NCBI GenBank assembly: GCA_043228905.1 | Contig: JBHGNT010000016.1 | Coordinates: 1-64,000 of the forward strand | Direction: 5' to 3' | From: Azolla caroliniana | Lineage: Eukaryota > Plantae > Polypodiophyta | DNA length: 64,000 nt | In this document: piece after piece, positions 55,851 to 64,000 of the stretch | How positions within the stretch are numbered: the first letter of the stretch is position 1 | Layout: the number at the start of each line of letters is the position of its first letter | Translations under genes and position numbers: made by a program | Notes under the pieces: generated by a model | Database searches by the model: none | The model's input: the letters and a program-made list of their open reading frames with translations, nothing else | Told to the model about the DNA's origin: nothing

Positions 55851-58789
55851 AATTTTTTAATTCCATATCATAGCTAGCGTTGTTAGCTTCGATACGCATG
55901 TTTGAACACAAAAATCCGATATCACACGAGCCAGGTATGAACATTTTAATTTGCTCACGCGCTCTTCTCAAGTCCCTCCTCAAATTTGCTAATTTCGTCA
56001 TGTCTCTCGACCTCAGTTTCAAAATCTCAATTTTTTAATTCCATATCATAGCTAGCGTTGTTAGCTTCGATACGCATGTTTGAACACAAAAATCCGATAT
56101 CACACGAGCCAGGTATGAACATTTTAATTGACTCACGCGCTCTTCTCAACTCCCTCCTCAAATTTGCTAATTTCGTCATGTCTCTCGACCTGAGTTTCAA
56201 AATCTTGATTTTTTAATTCTATATCATAGCTAGTGTTGTAAGCTTCGATACGCATGTTTGAACACAAAAATCCGATATCACACAAGCCAGGTATGAACAT
56301 TTTAATTTGCTCACGTGCTCTTCTCAAGTCCCTCCTCAGATTTGCTAATTTCTTCATGTCTCTCGACCTGAGTTTCAAAATCATGATTTTTTAATTCGAT
56401 ATCATAGCTAGCGTTGTTAGCTTCGATACGCATGTTTGAACACAAAAATCCGATATCACACGAGCCAGGTATGAACATTTTAATTGACTCACGCGCTCTT
56501 CTCAAGTCCCTCCTCAAATTTGCTAATTTCTTCATGTCTCTCAGCCTGAGTTTCAAAATCTTGATTTTTTAATTCCATATCATAGCTAGCGTTGTTAGCT
56601 TCGATACGCATGTTTGAACACAAAAATCCGATATCACACGAGCCAGGTATGAACATTTTTATTGACTCACGCGCTCTTCTCAAGTCCCTTCTCAAGTCCC
56701 TTCTCATGTCTGTCGGCCTGAGTTTCAAAATTTTCATTTTTTAATTCCATATCATAGCTAGCGTTGTTAGCTTCGATACGCATGTTTGAACACGAAAATC
56801 CGATATCACACGAGCCAGGTATTGAACATTTTAATTGACTCACGCGCTCTTCTCAAGTCCCTCCTCAAATTTGCTAATTTCTTCATGTCTCTCGACCTGA
56901 GTTTCAAAATCTCGATTTTCTAATTCTATATCATAGCTAACGTTGTTAGCTTCGATACGCATGTTTGAACACAAAAATCCGATATCACACGAGCCAGGTA
57001 TGAACATTTTAATTTGCTCACGCGCTCTTCTCAATACCCTCCTCAAATTTGCTAATTTCTTCATGTCTCTCGACCTGAGTTTCAAAATCTTGATTTTTTA
57101 ATTCCATATCATAGCTAGCGTTGTTAGCTTCGATACGCATGTTTGAACACAAAAATCCGATATCACACGAGCCAGGTATGAACATTTTAATTGACTCACG
57201 CGCTCTTCTCAAGTCCCTCCTCAAATTTGCTAATTTCGTCATGTCTCTCGACCTGAGTTTCACAATCTCAATTTTTTAATTCCATATCATAGCTAGCGTT
57301 GTTAGCTTCGATACGCATGTTTGAACACAAAAATCCGATATCACACGAGCCAGGTATGAATATTTTAATTGACTCACGCGCTCTTCTCAAGTCCCTCCTC
57401 AAATTAGCTAATTTCTTCATGTCTCTCGACCTGAGTTTTAGAATGTCGATTTTCTAATTCGATATCATAGCTAGCGTTGTTAGCTTCGATACGCATGTTT
57501 GAACACAAAAATCCGATATCACACGAGCCAGGTATGAACATTTTAATTGACTCACGCGCTCTTCTCAAGTCCCTCCTCAAATTAGCTAATTTCTTCATGT
57601 CTCTCGACCTGAGTTTAAGAATGTCGATTTTTTAATTCGATATCATAGCTAGCGTTGTTAGCTTCGATACGCATGTTTGAACACAAAAATCCGATATCAC
57701 ACGAGCCAGGTATGAACATTTTAATTTGCTCACGCGCTCTTCTCAAGTCCCTCCTCAAATTTGCTAATTTCTTCATGTCTCTCGACCTGAGTTTCAGAAT
57801 CTTGATTTTTTAATTCTATATCATAGCTAGCGTTGTTAGCTTCGATACGCATGTTTGAACATAAAAATCCGATATCACACGAATCAGGTATGAACATTTT
57901 AATTGACTCACGCGCTCTTCTCAAGTCCCTCCTCAAATTAGCTAATTTCTTCATGTCTCTCGACCTGAGTTTCAGAATGTCGATTTTTTAATTCTTTATC
58001 ATAGCTAGCGTTGTTAGCTTCGATACGCATGTTTGAACACAAAAATCCGATATCACACGAGCCAGGTATGAACATTTTAATTCAGTCACGGGCTCTTCTA
58101 AAGTCCCTCCTCAAATTTGCTAATTTCTTCATGTCTCTCGACCTGAGTTTCAAAATCTCAATTTTTTAATTCCATATCATAGCTAGCGTTGTTAGCTTCG
58201 ATACGCATGTTTGAACACAAAAATCCGATATCACACGAGCCAGGTATGAACATTTTAATTGACTCACGTGCTCTTCTCAAGTCCCTCCTCAAATTTGCTA
58301 ATTTCTTCATGTCTCTCGACCTGAGTTTCAAAATCTTGATTTTTTAATTCCATATCATAGCTAGCGTTGTTAGCTTCGATACGCATGTTTGAAAACAAAA
58401 ATCCGATATCACACGAGCCAGGTATGAACATTTTAATTGACTCACGCGCTCTTCTCAAGTCCCTCCTCAAATTTGCTAATTTCTTCATGTCTCTCGACCT
58501 GAGTTTCAAAATCTCGATTTTCTAATTCTATATCATAGCTAGCGTTGTTAGCTTCGATATGCATGTTTGAACACAAAAATCCGATATCACACGAGCCAGG
58601 TATGAACATTTTAATTGACTCACGCGCTCTTCTCAAGTCCCTCCTCAAATTAGCTAATTTCGTCATGTCTCTCGACCTAAGTTTCAAAATCTCGATTTTT
58701 TAATTCTATATCATAGCTAGCGTTGTTAGCTTCGATACGCATGTTTGAACACAAAAATCCGATATCACACGAGCCAGGTATGAACATTT

Positions 58790-59860
58790 TAATTTAGTCA
58801 CGGGCTCTTCTAAAGTCCCTCCTCAAATTTGCTAATTTCTTCATGTCTCTCGACCTGAGTTTCAGAATGTCGATTTTTTAATTCGATATCATAGCTAGCG
58901 TTGTTAGCTTCGATACGCAGGTTTGAACACAAAAATCCGATATCACACGAGCCAGGTATGAACATTTTAATTTGCTCACGCGCTCTTCTCAAGTCCCTTC
59001 TCAAATTTGCTAATTTCTTCATGTCTCTCGGCCTGAGTTTCAAAATTTCGATTTTTTAATTCCATATCATAGCTAGCGTTGTTAGCTTCGATACGCATGT
59101 TTGAACACGAAAATCCGATATCACACGAGCCAGGTATGAACATTTTAATTTAGTCACGGGCTCTTCTCAAGTCCCTCCTCAAATTTACTAATTTCTTCAT
59201 GTCTCTCGGCCTGAGTTTCAAAATCTCGATTTTTTAATTCTATATCATAACTAGTGTTGTTAGCTTCGATACGCATGTTTGAACACAAAAATCCGATATC
59301 ACACGAGCCAGCTATGAACATTTTAATTCAGTCACGGGCTCTTCTAAAGTCCCTCCTCAAATTTGCTAATTTCTTCATGTCTCTCGACCTGAGTTTCAGA
59401 ATGTCGATTTTTTAATTCGATATCATAGCTAGCGTTGTTAGCTTCGATACGCAGGTTTGAACACAAAAATCCGATATCACACGAGCCAGGTATGAACATT
59501 TTAATTTGCTCACGCGCTCTTCTCAAGTCCCTTCTCAAATTTGCTAATTTCTTCATGTCTCTCGGCCTGAGTTTCAAAATTTCGATTTTTTAATTCCATA
59601 TCATAGCTAGCGTTGTTAGCTTCGATACGCATGTTTGAACACGAAAATCCGATATCACACGAGCCAGGTATGAACATTTTAATTTAGTCACGGGCTCTTC
59701 TCAAGTCCCTCCTCAAATTTACTAATTTCTTCATGTCTCTCGGCCTGAGTTTCAAAATCTCGATTTTTTAATTCTATATCATAACTAGTGTTGTTAGCTT
59801 CGATACGCATGTTTGAACACAAAAATCCGATATCACACGAGCCAGATATGAACATTTTAA
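58790..59860 (+). repeat. Local 534-bp (3-monomer) tandem duplication
   Basis: ORF ends 58810/59344 differ by 534; variants CGCAGGTTTG, TTTACTAAT and CATAACTAGTG recur in the same order. Confidence 0.85.
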
Positions 59861-60319
59861 TTCAGTGACGGGCTCTTCTAAAGTCCCTCGTCAAATTTGC
59901 TAATTTCTTCATGTCTCTCGGTCTGAGTTTCAAAATCATGATTTTTTAATTTGATATCATAGCTAGCGTTGTTAGCTTCGATATGCATGTTTGAACACAA
60001 AAATCCGATATCACACGAGCCAGGTATGAATATTTTAATTTGCTCACGCGCTCTTCTCAAGTCCCTCCTCAAATTTGCTAATTTCTTCATGTCTCTCGAC
60101 CTGAGTTTCAAAATCTTGATTTTTTAATTCCATATCAGAGCTAGCGTTGTTAGCTTCGATACGCATGTTTGAACACAAAAATCCGATATCACACGAGCCA
60201 GGTATGAACATTTTAATTGACTCACGCGCTCTTCTCAAGTCCCTCCTCAAATTTGCTAATTTCTTCATGTCTCTCGACCTGAGTTTCACAATCTCAATTT
60301 TTTAATTCCATATCATAGC

Positions 60320-63300
60320 TAGCGTTGTTAGCTTCGATACGCATGTTTGAACACGAAAATCCGATATCACACGAGCCAGGTATGAACATTTTAATTGACT
60401 CACACGCTCTTCTCAAGTCCCTCCTCAAATTTGCTAATTTCTTCATGTCTTTCGACCTGAGTTTCAAAATCTCGATTTTTTAATTCTATATCATAGCTAA
60501 CGTTGTTAGCTTCGATACGCATGTTTGAACACAAAAATCCGATATCACAAGAGCCAGGTATGAACATTTTAATTGACTCACGCGCTCTTCTCAAGTCCCT
60601 CCTCAAATTAGCTAATTTCGTCATGTCTCTCGACCTGAGTTTCAGAATCTCGATTTTTTAATTCTATATCATAGCTAGCGTTGTTAGCTTCGATACGCAT
60701 GTTTGAACACAAAAATCCGATATCACACGAGCCAGGTATGAACATTTTAATTTGCTCACGCGCTCTTCTCAAGTCCCTCCTCAAATTTGCTAATTTCTTC
60801 ATGTCTCTCGACCTGAGTTTCAGAATCTTGATTTTTTAATTCTATATCATAGCTAGCGTTGTTAGCTTCGATACGCATGTTTGAACATAAAAATCCGATA
60901 TCACACGAATCAGGTATGAACATTTTAATTTAGTCACGGGCTCTTGTCAAGTCCCTCCTCAAATTAGCTAATTTCTTCATGTCTCTCAGCCTGAGTTTCA
61001 GAATCTTGATTTTTTAATTCTTTATCATAGCTAGCGTTGTTAGCTTCGATACGCATGTTTGAACACAAAAATCCGATATCACACGAGCCAGGTATGAACA
61101 TTTTAATTGACTCACGCGCTCTTCTCAAGTCCCTCCTCAAATTTGCTAATTTCGTCATGTCTCTCGACCTGAGTTTCAAAATCTCAATTTTCTAATTCCA
61201 TATCATAGCTAGCGTTGTTAGCTTCGATACGCATGTTTGAACACAAAAATCCGATATCACACGAGCCAGGTATGAACATTTTAATTGACTCACGTGCTCT
61301 TCTCAAGTCCCTCCTCAAATTTGCTAATTTTGTCATGTCTCTCGACCTAAGTTTCAAAATTTTGATTTTTTAATTCCATATCATAGCTAGCGTTGTTAGC
61401 TTCGATACGCATGTTTGAACACGAAAATCCGATATCACACGAGCCAGGTATGAACATTTTAATTGACTCACACGCTCTTCTCAAGTCCCTCCTCAAATTT
61501 GCTAATTTCTTCATGTCTCTCGACCTGAGTTTCAAAATCTCAATTTTTTAATTCCATATCATAGCTAGCGTTGTTAGCTTCGATACGCATGTTTGAACAC
61601 AAAAATCCGATATCACACGAGCCAGGTATGAACATTTTAATTGACTCACGCGCTCTTCTCAAGTCCCTCCTCAAATTAGCTAATTTCTTCATGTCTCTCG
61701 ACCTGAGTTTCAAAATCTCGATTTTTTAATTCTATATCATAGCTACCGTTGTTAGCTTCGATACGCATGTTTGAACACAAAAATCCGATATCACACGAGC
61801 CAGGTATGAACATTTTAATTTAGTCACGGGCTCTTCTAAAGTCCGTCCTCAAATTTGCTAATTTCTTCATGTCTCTCGGCCTGAGTTTCAAAATCTTGAT
61901 TTTTTAATTCTATATCAGAGCTAGCGTTGTTAGCTTCGATACGCATGTTTGAACACAAAAATCCGATATCACACGAGCCAGGTATGAACATTTTAATTTG
62001 CTCACGCGCTCTTCTCAAGTCCCTCCTCAAATTTGCTAATTTCTTCATGTCTCTCGACCTGAGTTTCAAAATCTCGATTTTTTAATTCTATATCATAGCT
62101 AGCGTTGTTAGCTTCGATACACATATTTGAACACAAAAATCCGATATCACACGAGCCAGGTATGAACATTTTAATTTGCTCACGCGCTCTTCTCAAGTCC
62201 CTCCTCAAATTTGCTAATTTCTTCATGTCTCTCAGCCTGAGTTTCAAAATCTTGATTTTTTAATTCCATATCATAGCTAGCATTGTTAGCTTCGATACGC
62301 ATGTTTGAACACAAAAATCCGATATCACACGAGCCAGGTATGAACATTTTAATTGACTCACGCGCTCTTCTCAAGTCCCTCCTCAAATTTGCTAATTTCG
62401 TCATGTCTCTCGACCTGAGTTTCAAAATCTCAATTTTTTAATTCCATATCATAGCTAGCGTTGTTAGCTTCGATACGCATGTTTGAACACAAAAATCCGA
62501 TATCACACGAGCCAGGTATGAACATTTTAATTGACTCACGCGCTCTTCTCAAGTCCCTCCTCAAATTAGCTAATTTCTTCATGTCTCTCGACCTGAGTTT
62601 CAGAATCTCGATTTTTTAATTCTATATCATAGCTAGCGTTGTTAGCTTCGATACGCATGTTTGAACACAAAAATCCGATATCACACGAGCCAGGTATGAA
62701 CATTTTAATTTGCTCACGCGCTCTTCTCAAGTCCCTCCTCAAATTTGCTAATTTCTTCATGTCTCTCGACCTGAGTTTCAGAATCTTGATTTTTTAATTC
62801 TATATCATAGCTAGCGTTGTTAGCTTCGATACGCATGTTTGAACATAAAAATCCGATATCACACGAGTGAGGTATGAACATTTTAATTGACTCACGCGCT
62901 CTTCTCAAGTCCCTCCTCAAATTTGCTAATTTCTTCATGTCTCTCGACCTGAGTTTCAGAATATTGATTTTTTAATTCTATATCATAGCTAGCGTTGTTA
63001 GCTTCGATACGCATGTTTGACCACGAAAATCCGATATCACACGAATCAGGTATGAACATTTTAATTGACTCACGCGCTCTTCTCAAGTCCCTCCTCAAAT
63101 TAGCTAATTTCTTCATGTCTCTCGACCTGAGTTTCAGAATGTCGATTTTTGAATTCGATATCATAGCTAGCGTTGTTAGCTTCGATACGCATGTTTGAAC
63201 ACAAAAATCCGATATCACACGAGCCAGGTATGAACATTTTAATTGACTCACGTGCTCTTCTCAAGTCCCTCCTCAAATTTGCTAATTTTGTCATGTCTCT

Positions 63301-64000
63301 CGACCTAAGTTTCAAAATTTTGATTTTTTAATTCCATATCATAGCTAGCGTTGTTAGCTTCGATACGCATGTTTGAACACGAAAATCCGATATCACACGA
63401 GCCAGGTATGAACATTTTAATTGACTCACACGCTCTTCTCAAGTCCCTCCTCAAATTTGCTAATTTCTTCATGTCTTTCGACCTGAGTTTCAAAATCTCG
63501 ATTTTTTAATTCTATATCATAGCTAACGTTGTTAGCTTCGATACGCATGTTTGAACACAAAAATCCGATATCACAAGAGCCAGGTATGAACATTTTAATT
63601 GACTCACGCGCTCTTCTCAAGTCCCTCCTCAAATTAACTAATTTCGTCATGTCTCTCGACCTGAGTTTCAGAATCTCGATTTTTTAATTCTATATCATAG
63701 CTAGCGTTGTTAGCTTCGATACGCATGTTTGAACACAAAAATCCGATATCACACGAGCCAGGTATGAACATTTTAATTTGCTCACGCGCTCTTCTCAAGT
63801 CCCTCCTCAAATTTGCTAATTTCTTCATGTCTCTCGACCTGAGTTTCAGAATCTTGATTTTTTAATTCTATATCATAGCTAGCGTTGTTAGCTTCGATAC
63901 GCATGTTTGAACATAAAAATCCGATATCACACGAATCAGGTATGAACATTTTAATTTAGTCACGGGCTCTTGTCAAGTCCCTCCTCAAATTAGCTAATTT
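60320..64000 (+). repeat. Dispersed block duplication at 3026-bp offset (17 monomers): ~60320-60970 repeated at ~63350-64000
   Basis: ORF ends 60400/63426 and 60608/63634; private variant CTCTTGTCAAG at 60946/63972; CACACGCTC and GTCTTTCGAC also shared. Confidence 0.8.

Larger units (their letters stand above)
3491..64000 (+). repeat. 178-bp tandem satellite array (~340 monomers, single orientation, continues past the window end); centromere-like or subtelomeric satellite
   Basis: Representative monomer: GCGTTGTTAGCTTCGATACGCATGTTTGAACACAAAAATCCGATATCACACGAGCCAGGTATGAACATTTTAATTGACTCACGCGCTCTTCTCAAGTCCCTCCTCAAATTTGCTAATTTCTTCATGTCTCTCGACCTGAGTTTCAAAATCTTGATTTTTTAATTCTATATCATAGCTA (178 bp, 67 G+C). 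ORF-track coordinates step by 178 (4815, 4993, 5171, 5349...). I saw no transposon, unique sequence or inversion inside it. Confidence 0.99.

Noticed and set aside
4103-63828. Hundreds of 60-119 aa ORFs (MKLRSRDMKKLANLRRDLRRARE...) resembling a tandem small-protein family
   Set aside because: Each is the 178-bp satellite read through ~1.3 monomers. 178 is not a multiple of 3, so neighbours overlap in shifted frames; starts and stops come and go with SNPs; no room for promoters and no recognisable domain.
3491-64000. CRISPR-like or diversity-cassette array (conserved half plus variable half)
   Set aside because: The variable half differs only by SNPs at fixed sites, not unique spacers. No cas, recombinase or reverse transcriptase genes; context is a eukaryotic telomere.
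3491-64000. Arabidopsis CEN178, or a 5S rDNA / tRNA / spliced-leader gene array
   Set aside because: No resemblance to CEN178 beyond length, and no 5S, tRNA or spliced-leader motifs that I can recognise.

Overview
This window is the left end of a eukaryotic chromosome or contig and contains no credible genes. Positions 1-3490 are a (CCCTAAA)n/(TTTAGGG)n telomere. Its outer ~940 bp is unreliable: it holds two copies of the SMART/PacBio ultra-low-input amplification adapter and degenerate C/A tracts. At 3490/3491 the telomere joins, with no subtelomere, the middle of a monomer of a 178-bp tandem satellite. The satellite runs head-to-tail in one orientation to the end of the window (~340 monomers, ~38% GC, not Arabidopsis CEN178) and is organised in nested higher-order repeats (periods 534, 712, 761, 1959, 2668, 3026, 4088, 4458, 4856, 5034, 5617 and 7821 bp). 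All listed ORFs are by-products of the repeat. I found no protein-coding system. The notable signals concern chromosome-end biology: (1) a junction that looks like de novo telomere healing of a broken array; (2) a single inverted telomeric insertion plus templated filler at 28764-28790 that looks like telomerase acting at a break that was later rejoined; (3) several short dyads in the monomer whose common variants perfect the palindromes, with both telomere junctions falling inside dyads; (4) a traceable family of 172/173/176/179/227-bp monomers.
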